Shown: piece by piece, positions 1-12,307 of the stretch | How positions within the stretch are numbered: position 1 is the stretch's first letter | How the letters are laid out: each line of letters begins with the position of its first letter | Source of the DNA: Anaeramoeba ignava BMAN | Lineage: Eukaryota; Protista; Anaeramoebae | DNA: 64,000 nucleotides | NCBI GenBank assembly: GCA_028826165.1 | Contig: JAPDFW010000011.1 | Coordinates: 780,101-844,100 of the forward strand | Reading direction: 5' to 3' | Translations under genes and position numbers: made by a program | The notes under the pieces: generated by a model | Seen by the model: the letters and a program-made list of their open reading frames with translations, nothing else | Database searches by the model: none | What the model was told of the DNA's origin: nothing

Positions 1-1021
1 TAATATATCAATGGGAAATCCAGATTCAACTAACATTTTAATTGATTCATAATGTTTATTTTTTATTGCTAAATGAATTGCAGAAAATCCTTCAAAATTT
101 GGAGAAAATGGACAATTTTTTATATATTTCTTAAATATTTCCATTCCTTCTAAATCCCCATTTTCTGAAAGAATATGAATTGGTAAATTTCCTAATGAAT
201 CTGTATAACATTTTTCAACTTTATCGTTTGATAATAAAACTTCTAAGCATTTATAACGTTTTAAAGAAGTTGCTAAAAGGAGAGATGTTCTAAATTTTAA
301 AATTTTAAAAAAATGCAAATCAAATATTTAATTATTTATTATTTAATATTTAATTATTTGATATTTAATATTTGATTATTTAATATTTATTATTTTATTA
401 TTCATTATTTGATTATTTGAATATTTGAATATTTAATCCTCAAAAAATAAATTCCAAATTCTATTTAAATTAAACTAAAAAATTTTTTAATTCGTCATCC
501 AAATTTAAATTTAATTTGTAAAAAAAAATTTTTGTTTTATAAGATCAATAAAAATGATCAACAAATTAAAAATTAAATTAAAAAATTAAATTAAAAATTA
601 AATTAAAAAATAAATTAAAAATTAAATTAAAAAATTAAATTAAAAAATTAAATAAATGAAAAATGGAATTAGATCAAAAAATAAAAAATAATTCAAATAA
701 CAATTACAATCCTTTTTTGTTTATTTTGTTGGGATCAACTCCTTTTTCAATTAAAACATCAATTAAATCAATATGATCTAATTCTATTGTATAATGAAGA
801 GGTGAAGATCCAGTTTCTTCAATTTTAAATGCTTTTTCAAATGGTTCATTTAATAAAACTTCAACTAATTTTTTATTGTTTTTTTCTATTGCTTTTTTTA
901 AAGCTTCTTGTGTTCGGATTTCTTGATAAATTTCTATATTTTTTGAAAGTTTAGTCTTAATTTCATCAATATTTCCTTGATCACATAAACTAATAAATTC
1001 ATTCATTACTTCTTCTTCCAT
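1..1021 (-). CDS. Ankyrin-repeat protein, 5' part (runs off window start); exons 1021-708 and 289-<1
   Basis: Exon 1 ends GSSPLHYTIELDHIDLIDVLIEKGVDPNKINKKG. GT donor at 707 and AG acceptor at 291-290 restore the frame (GL-TSLLLATSLKRYKCLEVLLS..GNLPIHILSE..FSAIHLAIK), typical ankyrin repeats. Confidence 0.85.
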
Positions 1022-1179
1022 TTTAAAAAGAAAAGAGAAAGAGAAAAAAAATTTTTGTTTTAAATAAAAAAATTAATAATAAAAAGATGAATAAAAAATT
1101 AAAAAAGAAAAATGAAAAAAAAAATTAATTTATTAATTTATTAATTAATTGTGTTTTGTATTTATAATTTGTATTTTAT

Positions 1180-3257
1180 CTATTTAAGAAATCGGGGTAA
1201 AATTCCTTCTTGATTTTCTGTATCAAAAAATCTCCATTGATTAAAATAAATAGCAAGTGAATAAAAAGAAATTGATTGAAACAAAGAATTAAAATAAACA
1301 AAATAAGTTGCATTAGAAGAAGGGGGAATAATTAAAACCATAAACATTCCAAGAATACCCCCAAAAAAATTGAGATGTTGTGACATAATTGATGCTCCGT
1401 AAGTGTTCTTTAATTTATATGATAAAAGTAATTGTGGAAAGTGACTTAAAACTTGTGAAAGTGGTTTGATCATATTTGTGATCGATTTTGAACTTGGATA
1501 TATTGTTCCTAATGATAATGGAATTATCGGAAAAAGAATCCAAATCAAATATTCTTTTTTGTTTTCGTAAATTGAAAATTGAACCATAAATGTTGAATGT
1601 TGAATCACATTGAAAAGACCATAAAGTACAACAGGATAAGCTTCTATATAATTAATTTAAATATATTGATTTAAATATATTGATTTAAATATATTGATTT
1701 AAATATATTAATTTAAATATATTAATTTAAATATATTGATTTAAATATATGATTTAAATATATATTGATTTAAATATATTGATTTAAATATATTGATTTA
1801 TATATATTGATTTAAATATTGATTTAAATATATTGATTTAAATATATATTGATTTAAATATTAATTTAAATATATTGATTTAAATATTGATTTAAATATA
1901 TTGATTTAAATATATTGATTTAAATATATTAATTTAAATATATTGATTTAAATATATTGATTTAAATATATTGATTTAAATATATATTGATTTAAATATA
2001 TTGATTTAAATATATATTGATTTAAATATATTGATTTAAATATATTGATTTAAATATATTGATTTAAATATATTAATTTAAAAATATTGATTTTAAAATA
2101 TATTGATTTAAATATATTGATTTAAATATATTGATTTAAATATATTGATTTAAATATATTAATTTAAAAATATTGATTTAAATATATTGATTTAAATATA
2201 TTGATTTTAAATATATTGATTTATATATTAATTTAAATATATTGATTTAAATATATTTTGATTTAAATATATTGATTTAAATATATTAATTTAAAATATA
2301 TTGATTTAAATATATTAATTTAAATATTTTGATTTAAATATATTGATTTATATATTAATTTAAATATTGATTTAAATATATTGATTTAAATATATTGATT
2401 TAAATATAAATATTGATTTAAATATTGATTTAAATATATTGATTTAAATATATTGATTTAAATATATTGATTTAAATATATTGATTTAAATATATTGATT
2501 TAAATATATTTTGATTTAAATATTAATTTAAATATATTGATTTAAATATAAATATTGATTTAAATATAAATATTGATTTTAAATATATTTTGATTTAAAT
2601 ATATTGATTTAAATATATTGATTTAAATATTAATTTAAATATATTGATTTAAATATATTGATTTAAATATATTAATTTAAATATATTGATTTAAATATAT
2701 TGATTTAAATATATTGATTTAAATATATTGATTTAAATATATTGATTTAAATATATTGATTTAAATATATTGATTTAAGTATATTAATTTAAATATATTT
2801 TGATTTAAATATATTAATTTAAATATATTGATTTAAATATATTGATTTAAATATATTTTGATTTAAATATATTGATTTAAATATATTGATTTAAATATAT
2901 TTGATTTAAATATATTGATTTAAATATATTTGATTTAAATATATTGATTTAAATATATTTGATTTAAATATTTGATTTAAATATATTGATTTAAATATAT
3001 TGATTTAAATATATTAATTTAAATATATTGATTTAAAATATAATTTTACCTTCATTTAAAAAAGAATTTATTAAAAGAAAACTTGAACCAATTAATTTTA
3101 TAATAATCCCAGTTGTACTAAATCCTTTTACTGATTTATTTTTATAATTTAAAAAAGTTTGAGGTAAATATTGGAAAGCAAATAAAATACTTGCTATAAG
3201 TCCGGAAAAACAAGCAAGTCCTTCTAAAGAAAATTCAAATTTTGAACAAGAACCCAT
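1180..3257 (-). CDS. PQ-loop repeat membrane protein (PQLC/cystinosin-like transporter); exons 3257-3050, 1643-1180
   Basis: Two PQ motifs: AFQYLPQTFLNYKNKSVKGFS and LSHFPQLLLSYKLKNTYGAS. GT at 3049 and AG at 1645-1644 join in frame (NE-E-AYPVVLYGLFNVIQH). Confidence 0.85.
1646..3035. repeat. Intronic minisatellite, ~14-bp unit ATATATTGATTTAA (variant ATATATTAATTTAA)
   Basis: About 100 near-perfect tandem copies fill the whole PQ-loop intron. Confidence 0.95.
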
Positions 3258-3482
3258 TTTTATTATTTATTATTTATTATTTAAATAAAAAATGAAAAAA
3301 AAAAATGAAAAAAAAAATGAAAAAATAAATTCAAATTTAATTTTTTTAATCAAATTTTTGAATAATCAAAGAATTTATTGATTTCAAAAAACAAAAAAAA
3401 ATACCAAAAAGAAAAAATACCAAAATCCAAAATCCAAAATCCAAAATCAAAAAAATCAAAAAAATCAAAAAAATCAAAAAAA

Positions 3483-6011
3483 TCACTTTTTGAAAACTGT
3501 CATAAAAGCTGTATATGATTTTTCCAAATCAAAAGTAAGTTGACGAGCTTGATCTTCATCTAATTCTTCATGAGCTCTCATTTGATCTAAAATCTGTTCC
3601 CATTTTGAAATGAGAATTTTTCCTTGAAAATCTTTATCTAAATCTGAAATCTTATTCAAACTTGTAAGTATATCTTTTAATAATGGTTGAACCTGATCAA
3701 CTGCGAGCATATTCAGTTTCAGTCTTATTTTATAATTTATTTTATAATTTATTTTTAAATCCATTTTTAAATTCATTTTTAAATCCATTTTTAAATTTAT
3801 TTTATAATTTATAAATTTATTTTTAAATTTATTTTTAGATTTATTTTTAAATTTGTTTTTAAATTTATTTTATAATTTATTTTTAAATCTATTTTTAAAT
3901 CCATTTTTAAATTTATTTATAAATTTATTTTTAAATTTATTTTTAAATCTATTTTTAAATTTATTTTATAATTTATTTTTAAATTTATTTTTAATTTATT
4001 TTTAAATTTATTTATAAATTTATTTTAAAATTTATTTTTAAATTTATTTTTAAATTTATTTTTAAATTTATTTTATAATTTATTTTATAATTTATTTTTA
4101 AATTTATTTATAAATTTATTTATAAATTTGTTTTATAATTTATTTTTAAATTTATTTTCAGTCTTATTTTATAATTTATTTTTAAATTTATTTTTAAATT
4201 TATTTTTAAATTTATTTTTAAATTTATTTTTAAATTCATTTTATAATTTATTTTTAAATTTATTTTTAAATTCATTTTATAATTTATTTTTAAATCTATT
4301 TACCCATCCATTGCTGTAATAAAACTAGATACTGCTTCTGCAATAAAAATTCGATCATCTTCTTGTCGATTTAAGTTTTTGAGTCGAAGAGTTATTGGTG
4401 TTCCTGTCTCAATTAAAGTTTGATAAGCATGTGGAAAATTTGACTATTTTTTCAATTTTAATTTTAATTTTAATTTTGATTTTAATTTTAATATTAATTT
4501 TGATTTTGATTTTGATATTGAAATTGAAATTGATTTTGATTTTGAAATTGAAATTGAAATTGATTTTGAAATTGAAATTGAAATTGATATTAATTTTGAT
4601 ATTGATATTGATATTAATTTTAATTTTGATTTAAATATTGATTTTAATTTTGATTTTAATATTAATTTTGAAATTGAAATTGATTTTGATATTGAAATTG
4701 AAATTGATTTTGAAATTGAAATTGATTTTGATATTGAAATTGAAATTGATATTGAAATTGAAATTGAAATTGAAATTGATTTTGAAATTGAAATTGATAT
4801 TGAAATTGAAATTGAAATTGATATTGAAATTGATTTTGATTTTGATTTTGATTTTGAAATTGAAATTGAAATTGAAATTGAAATTGATTTTGAAATTGAA
4901 ATTGATTTTGAAATTGAAATTGAAATTGATATTAATTTTGATATTGATATTGATATTAATTTTGAAATTGATATTGAAATTGAAATTGAAATTGATTTTG
5001 AAATTGAAATTGAAATTGATTTTGAAATTGAAATTGAAATTGATTTTGAAATTGATATTGATTTTGATATTGATTTTGATATTGATTTTGAAATTGATAT
5101 TGAAATTGAAATTGATTTTGATTTTGAAATTGATATTGATATTGATATTGATATTGATTTTGATTTTGATATTGATATTGATTTTTAATTTTGAAATTGA
5201 AATTGAAATTGAAATTGATTTTGATTTTGATATTAAAATTAATTTAAATTTGAAATTGATTTTTAATTTTGAAATTGATTTTTAATTTTGAAATTGATTT
5301 TTAATTTTGATATTGATTTTGAATTTAAATTTTAATTTGAAATTTTACTTTTGAGCTGCTTTTTATTTCTTCGAATTCTGGAGAATTATCTATACCCTTT
5401 ATTGCAGTTTGATATTGCATAATCAAGTCATTACAAGCTTTTGTATACTGCTGAGCCTGTATAACGCCCTTTGAATAAGAATTTTCAAGATGTTCAGTAC
5501 TCATCAAAATAGAGAAAAGATTAGCAAGATCATCGAATTTCTCTCTTTCTTTCAAATCCTTATAGCGCTTGATCTTATGATTTTTATTTTTCGGGACATC
5601 CTCTCTCGGAATGCCGTCGATTCTTCGGGGCTTAGCAATCTGCTGCGGGTTCTGGACATTCGGATTAAATTGTTGCATCCCAGTTTGTCCATATTGCACT
5701 TGCTGTTGCTGTCCATACTGGGTTTGCATTGGGTTCTGTGGATACATCGGGTTGAATCGTGGTTGTCCATACCCCATCCCCTGTTGGTTTATATTCCCAC
5801 TATACATGTTCCCACTCATAGGTCGCGTATTTGTTGTTACTCTTCCGCTCATGTTATTGTATCCACTCATTGTGTTATATCCGCTTTGAACCCCTATTTG
5901 ATTTGTCGGTTGCATCGCTACTTTCGGTTGATTTCTTCCGTAACTTGTATTGGTTCGTGGATATGTATTTTTTGATTGCGGTTTGGGTCGCGGTTGTTGT
6001 GGATATTGCAT
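3483..6011 (-). CDS. VPS28: ESCRT-I subunit Vps28 with N-terminal low-complexity extension; exons 6011-5349, 4443-4304, 3723-3483 (~347 aa)
   Basis: EREKFDDLANLFSILMSTEHLENSY..YTKACNDLIMQY, then IAEAVSSFITAMDG|LKLNMLAVDQVQPLLKDILTSL..DEDQARQLTFDLEKSYTAF. Both introns are GT-AG and frame-consistent. Confidence 0.93.
3726..4300. repeat. Intronic 12-bp repeat TTTATTTTTAAA / TTTATTTTATAA (VPS28 intron 2)
   Basis: Tandem copies visible directly. Confidence 0.9.
4446..5345. repeat. Intronic hexamer repeat (TTGAAA/TTGATA/TTGATT)n (VPS28 intron 1)
   Basis: Tandem hexamers. They produce the spurious ILKLKL ORFs in the track. Confidence 0.92.
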
Positions 6012-6100
6012 AAAATAAAATATAAATGAAAAAAAAAAAAGAAAAAGGAAAAAAAAATTGAAAAAAAAATGAAAAATGAAAAATGAAAAATTAAAAATCT

Positions 6101-6217
6101 TTTTGTTTTTGTTTTTGTTTTTGTTTTTGTTTTTGTTTTTGTTTTTGTTTTTGTTTTTGTTTTTGTTTTTGTTTTTGTTTTTGTTTTTGTTTTTGTTTTT
6201 GTTTTTGTTTTGTTTTT
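6101..6217. repeat. (TTTTTG)n microsatellite upstream of VPS28
   Basis: About 18 perfect hexamer copies. Confidence 0.95.
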
Positions 6218-6414
6218 CAAAGTAAAAATGGATCCAATTCAAAAAAAAAAGAGAAAAAAGAAAAAAAAGAAAAAAGAAAAAAGAAAACAAGACAAAAAAG
6301 TGTAAAAAACATCACTTTTTTTTTTGGTTTGGTCATTAGAATTTGAAGAAAAAAAAAGAAAAAAAGAAAAAAAGAAAAGAATTACGAAAAAAAAAAAAGG
6401 AATTTGTTGGAAAT

Positions 6415-9018
6415 TTAAAGGATTAAACAACAACCTCCACTTTTTGTTTCTGTATTTGCTTGAGGAGCTGAATTCTGTCCAGTAGTTTTTGGTGAAGATT
6501 TTGCTTTTCTTAATTCACGAACTAAGGCTTCAAAACAAATGTTAACATTACTTCCAGTTTTTGCAGATCTTTTTTATTAATTTTAATTTTAATTTTAATT
6601 ATTATTTTAATTTTAATTATAATTTTAATTTCATTTCATGTTAATTTTATTTAATTTTAATTTCATTTAATTTCATTTAATTTTAATTTCATTTCATGTT
6701 AATTTTAATTTATTTCATTTCATGTTAATTTTAATTTTAATTTCATGTTAATTATAATTTTAAATTCATTTTAATTTCATGTTAATTATAATTTTAATTT
6801 CATTTCATGTTAATTTTAATTTTAATTTTAATTTTAATTTTAATTTCATTTAATTTTAATTTTAATTTTAATTATAATTTTAAATTCATTTTAATTTTAA
6901 TGTTAATTTTATTTCATTTCATGTTAATTATAATTTTAATTTCATTTCATGTTAATTATAATTTTAAATTCATTTTAATTTCATGTTAATTATAATTTTA
7001 ATTACGTTTCATAATAAGGACTTGAATATTTTTTTGCAAGAGTTTCTCCTTCTTCAGTTGAAACTAATCTTTCTTCTGCAAGATCTATAATCAAAATACA
7101 AAAAAATTAAACATTACGAATTAAAAAATAAAAATGTTTTGATTTATTTTTTAAAAACCTGATTTATTTGCAACTGTAACAACTGGTACATTCATAAAGT
7201 TCTTTGCTCTTCTGATTGCTTCATGAAGACCTCTTGCTTCAGTATAACTAGCTCTTGAAATGATGCTAAATACAAGAATAAAGCCTTCTCCTAATCGAAT
7301 GTACTAATTTTGATTTCAATTTCATTTTTATTTTTAATTTGAATTTTGATTTTAATTTTATTTTTAATTTCATTTTGATTTCATGTGAAAATAAAAAAAC
7401 ACAAAAAAAACTTTACTTTATCTCGAACTGATCGATACTCTTCTTGACCAGCTGTATCAATAATTTCTAAAGTTGCTGGTTTTTCATCAATAATAACAAC
7501 TTTTTTATAACTTTCCTCTAATAAAAATTAAATATTTATAAAATAAAATGAAAAAACAAACAAAATGAATATAAGATAAAAAAAGAAGAAAAATATCTTT
7601 AAATAATTATTTGTTAATTTTTCATTATTTACCAATTGTTGGATCATAATCTTCAATAAATTTTCCTTGAAGGAAACGAACAGTGATACAAGATTTGCCA
7701 ACTAAATTATAAATAAAATTAATAAATAAAATTAATAAATAAAATTATAAATAAAATTATAAATAAAATTATAAATTAAATTATAAATAAAATTATAAAT
7801 AAAATTATAAATAAAATTATAAATAAAATAATAAATAAAATTATAAATAAAATTATAAATTAAATTATAAATTAAATTATAAATAAAATTATAAATAAAA
7901 TTATAAATTAAAAATTAAATTATAAATTAAATTAAATTATATAAATAAAATTATAAATAAAAATTATAACAAATATAAATAAAATTATAAATTAAAATTA
8001 TAAATAAAATTATAAATTAAAATTATAAATAAAATTATAAATAAAATTATAAATTTAAATTAAAATAAAATTATAAATAAAATTATAAATTAAATTATAA
8101 AATAAATAAATAAATTATAAATAAAATTATAAATAAAATTATAAATAAAATTATAAATTAAATTATAAATTAAATTATAAATAAAATTATTATAAATTAA
8201 AATATAAAATTAAATTATAAATAAAATTATAAATAAAATTATAAATAAAATTATAAATTAAATTATAAATAAAATTATAAATTAAAAATAAATTAAATTA
8301 TAAATTAAAATTATAAATTAAATTATAAATTAAATTATAAATTAAATTATAAATTAAATTATAAATTAAAATTATAAAATAAAATTAAAATAAATTATAA
8401 ATAAATAAAAATTATAAATTAAATTATAAATTAAATTATAAATAATAAAATTATAAATTAAATTATAAATTAAAATTATAAATTAAATTATAAATAAAAA
8501 TTATAAATTAAATTATAAATAAAATTATAAATTAAATTATAAATAAAATTATAAATAAAATTATAAATAAAATTATAAATTAAATTATAAATTAAATTAT
8601 AAATAAAATTAAATTTGATTATAAATTAAATTATAAATTAAAATATAAATAAAATTATAAATTAAATTATAAATTAAATTATAAATTAAATTATAAATTA
8701 AATTATAAATAAAATTATAAATAAAATTATAAATTAAATTATAAATAAAATTATAAATAAAATTATAAATAAAATTATAAATTAAATTATAAATTAAATT
8801 ATAAATAAAATTATAAATAAAATTATAAATTAAATTATAAATAAAATTATAAATTAAATTATAAATAAAATTATAAATAAAATTATAAATTAAATTATAA
8901 ATAAAATTATAAATTAAATTATAAATTAAATTATAAATAGAATTTTTGCAATTTGGTGATTATTTTTACCTGATCCTCCTCCAATAATTACAACTTTATG
9001 AACTTCTTCATCTTCCAT
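6415..9018 (-). CDS. Ras-family small GTPase, 198 aa; exons 9018-8970, 7701-7633, 7517-7417, 7303-7159, 7084-7006, 6568-6415
   Basis: Spliced product: [78 protein letters not shown]. G1-G5 boxes, Ras effector loop YDPTIE and CaaX box are all present. Five GT-AG introns, total 597 nt. Confidence 0.93.
6575..7003. repeat. Intronic repeat (TTTTAA / TTTCATGTTAA units) in Ras intron 5
   Basis: Tandem degenerate copies visible. Confidence 0.8.
7704..8938. repeat. Intronic ~11-bp minisatellite AAATTATAAAT(A/T) in Ras intron 1
   Basis: More than 100 tandem copies, almost purely A/T. Confidence 0.95.
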
Positions 9019-9411
9019 TGTAAAAGTTAAAACAAAAAAAAAAATAGAATTAATTAATAATTTTAAAAGAATGGCAAAAAAAAAACAAAATGAAAAAGAA
9101 AAAAATGAAATAAAAAACAACAAAAAAATGAAAAAAAATGAAAAAAAAATTTTTTTAAATTAAAAAACTTTTTTTTTTTGTTGTTCTCTAAATTATAAAA
9201 TTCAAATTCTTTTTTCCTTTCTTGTTTTCTTTTAATTTTTCTTTTATTTTCTTTAATGATCTTAATTCAAAATTTAATTTAAAATTTTTTTTTTTTTAAT
9301 AATTAATAATTTTTAAAATAAAATGACTAATTAATATTTTTATTTTATTTTTTATTTTTATTTTTATTTTTCATTTTTCCATTTTTTCCTTTTTTTCTTT
9401 TTTTTGGAATT

Positions 9412-12238
9412 ATGAGTGATAAAGAAACTTTTGAAAATATTGAAGAATCGGAATTACCAAATATTTTTGATTTAGTTAAAGCACCAGAACCTGATATAAA
9501 TCTTATTTTAAAAGTAGCAGGATCTGGAGTTGATTTGAATATAAGTGAAGAAGATGTAATTTTATAAATAGAATTATAAATTAAAATTATAAATTAAATT
9601 ATAAATTAAATTATAAATTAAATTATAAATTAAATTATAAATTAAATTATAAATAAAATTATAAATTAAATTATAAATAAAATTATAAATAAAATTATAA
9701 ATTAAATTATAAATAAAATTATAAATTAAAATTATAAATTAAATTATAAATTAAATTATAAAATAAAATTATAAATTAAATTATAAATAAAATTATAAAT
9801 TAAATTATAAATAAAATTAAATAAAATTATAAATAAAATTATAAATAAAATTATAAATAATTAAAATTATAAATTAAATTATAAATTAAATTAAAATATA
9901 TAAAAAAAATATAAATTAAATTATAAATATATAAAATTATAAATTAAATTATAAATAAAATTATAAATTAAATTATAAATTAAAATTATAAATAAAAAAA
10001 ATTAATAAATTAAATTATAAATAAAATTATAAATTAAAATTATAAATTAAAATTATAAATTAAATTATAAATAAAATTATAAATAAATTATAAAATATAA
10101 ATAAAAATAAATAAAAAATTAAAAAATTATAAATTTAAATTATAAATTAAATTATAAATTAAATTATAAATTAAAATTATAAATAAAATTATAAATAAAA
10201 TTATAAATTAAATTATAAATAAAATTATAAATAAAATTATAAATAAAATTATAAATAAAATTATAAATAAAATTATAAATTAAAAATTATAAATTAAAAT
10301 TATAAATAAATTATAAATAAAATTATAATTAAATTATAAATAAAATAAATAAAATTATAAATAAAAATTAATAAAATAAAATAAAATTATAAATAAAATT
10401 ATAAATAAAATTATAAATTAAATTAAATAAAATTATAAATAAAATTATAAATTAAATTATAAATTAAATTATAAATTAAATTATAAAATAATTATATAAA
10501 TTATAAATAAAATTATAAATTAAATTATAAATTATAAAATTAAATTATAAATTAAATTATAAATTAAATTATAAATTAAATTATAAATTAAATTATAAAT
10601 TAAAATTATAAATTAAAATTATAAATTAAAATTATAAAATAAATTATAAAATTAAATTATAAATAAAATTATAAATTAAAATTATAAATAAATTATAAAT
10701 AAAATTATAAATTAAATTATAAATAAAATTATAAATAAAATTATAAAAAAAAAATATAAAATTATAAATAAATTATAAATAAAATTATAAATAAAATTAT
10801 AAATTAAATTATAAATAAAATTATAAATAAAATTATAAATTAAATTATAAATTAAATTATAAATAAAATTATAAATAAAATTATAAATTAAATTATAAAT
10901 TAAATTATAAATAAAATTATAAATAAAATTATAAATAAAATTATAAATTTCTAAATAAATTAAATTATAAATTTCTAAATAAATAAAATTATAAATTTCT
11001 AAATAAATAAAATTATAAATTTCTAAATAAATAAAATTATAAATTTCTAAAATAAATAAAATTATAAATTTCTAAATAAATTAAAATAGACGGGAATGAC
11101 ACCACTCCATTTTGCTTGTGCAAATAACAACGAAGATTTAGTTAAAATCTTAATTCTTCACAACGCCAAAGTACACATCACAAATAAGCAAGGATTTTTT
11201 CCAATAGATATTGCATATCAAAACAAAAATCTGGCGATAGCAAAGCAACTTCTTCAAGAGAAAAACCAGGAAGAAATTGAGCGATTAGGACTGAAAGTTA
11301 ACGATATGAGAGGAGTAGATTTTTCAGCTCGAAATTTCGAACCAGAATTATTACATTATATATCATATTTTATAGCAATTAATATAAAACAAATCATCGA
11401 AAATAATTCGGTAAATTTTGGAGAGATTTGGAACGAAAACCAAATCGACGTTCTCACAGAATGCATCTATAGAAGTTTGGATGAGAACAACTCGGTGATA
11501 GTTCTTAATAAATTCAAGTCACTTCCTAAATTTAAACGTCTTATGTTTGCGGCACTTTATTTTATAATCAAAAAATTTCATACTCTTCCTGATTTTGAAA
11601 AGTATAATATTTTGCATGAAAAACAAGATCCCAGAACTTGGGAAGATATTCTAATCAACGTGAATGAAATGATGCAACTTGTTAATGTTGATAATTGTAT
11701 TCAAATTCTTGGCACTTTTTGTCAAGCAAGATTGAAAATGATTGCAAAATATAAAAAATTTGTTACTGAATCTTTTAATCCTTTTTTTTTAAGGTTTATG
11801 GAAAAGATTAATAAGCTTTGTCGTAATAATTTTGATTTTTTACCAAAAGGAAAAGATGTTGTTATTGCACGTTCTTTAACACACAAAGTAAAAAATTGAA
11901 AAAATTTAGATTAAAAAATTCAATTCAAAAAATTCAATTTAAAAAATTTAAAAAAAATTTATAAATAGAATGTTATTAGTGTTTGGAGCTTCGCAAGAAA
12001 ATATAAACAACATTTTATTGAAGAACAATGCTTTCGTTTTCTTAAAGATTCAGATTTTTCCGAAATTGAAAAAAAAATTTTTAGTGAAAAATTCATTATC
12101 ATTTCAGAATCAGATATTGTCATTTCAATCCAAATGCGTGATTTAACTGTACTTAAATTTGAAGAACAAAAAAATAAAGAAAATCTTGATGAAGAACTTG
12201 CTCAAATAAATACACAACTTCAAATTTCTCAAAAATAA
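9412..12238 (+). CDS. Ankyrin-repeat protein with C-terminal BACK-like helical repeats; exons 9412-9555, 11090-11887, 11969-12238
   Basis: GVDLNISEED|TGMTPLHFACANNNEDLVKILILHNA..GFFPIDIA is ankyrin. VNVDNCIQIL and LTHK|NVISVWSFARKYKQHFIEEQCFRFL resemble BTB/BACK helices. Phase-0 GT-AG introns. Confidence 0.75.
9572..11085. repeat. Intronic ~11-bp minisatellite AAATTATAAAT(A/T), with five AAATTATAAATTTCTAAAT units at the 3' end
   Basis: Tandem copies of the same unit as 7704-8938. Confidence 0.95.
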
Positions 12239-12307
12239 AAACAACAATCATTTAAAAAGAAAGAATTTTTTTTTTTTCTTCTTTGATCTTTAATTAATTT
12301 GATTTGA

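Noticed and set aside
4128-5285. ORFs such as ILILKLKL, FLNLFLNL, MKLNIE, FDFDF and KIKIK here and throughout the window
   Set aside because: They are translations of intronic or antisense simple repeats, lying inside GT-AG introns or opposite real exons.
5325-6290. 321-aa ORF with KNKNKN N-terminus taken as the VPS28 start
   Set aside because: The first ~93 codons are poly-T and (TTTTTG)n UTR or spacer sequence. The first credible ATG is at 6011.
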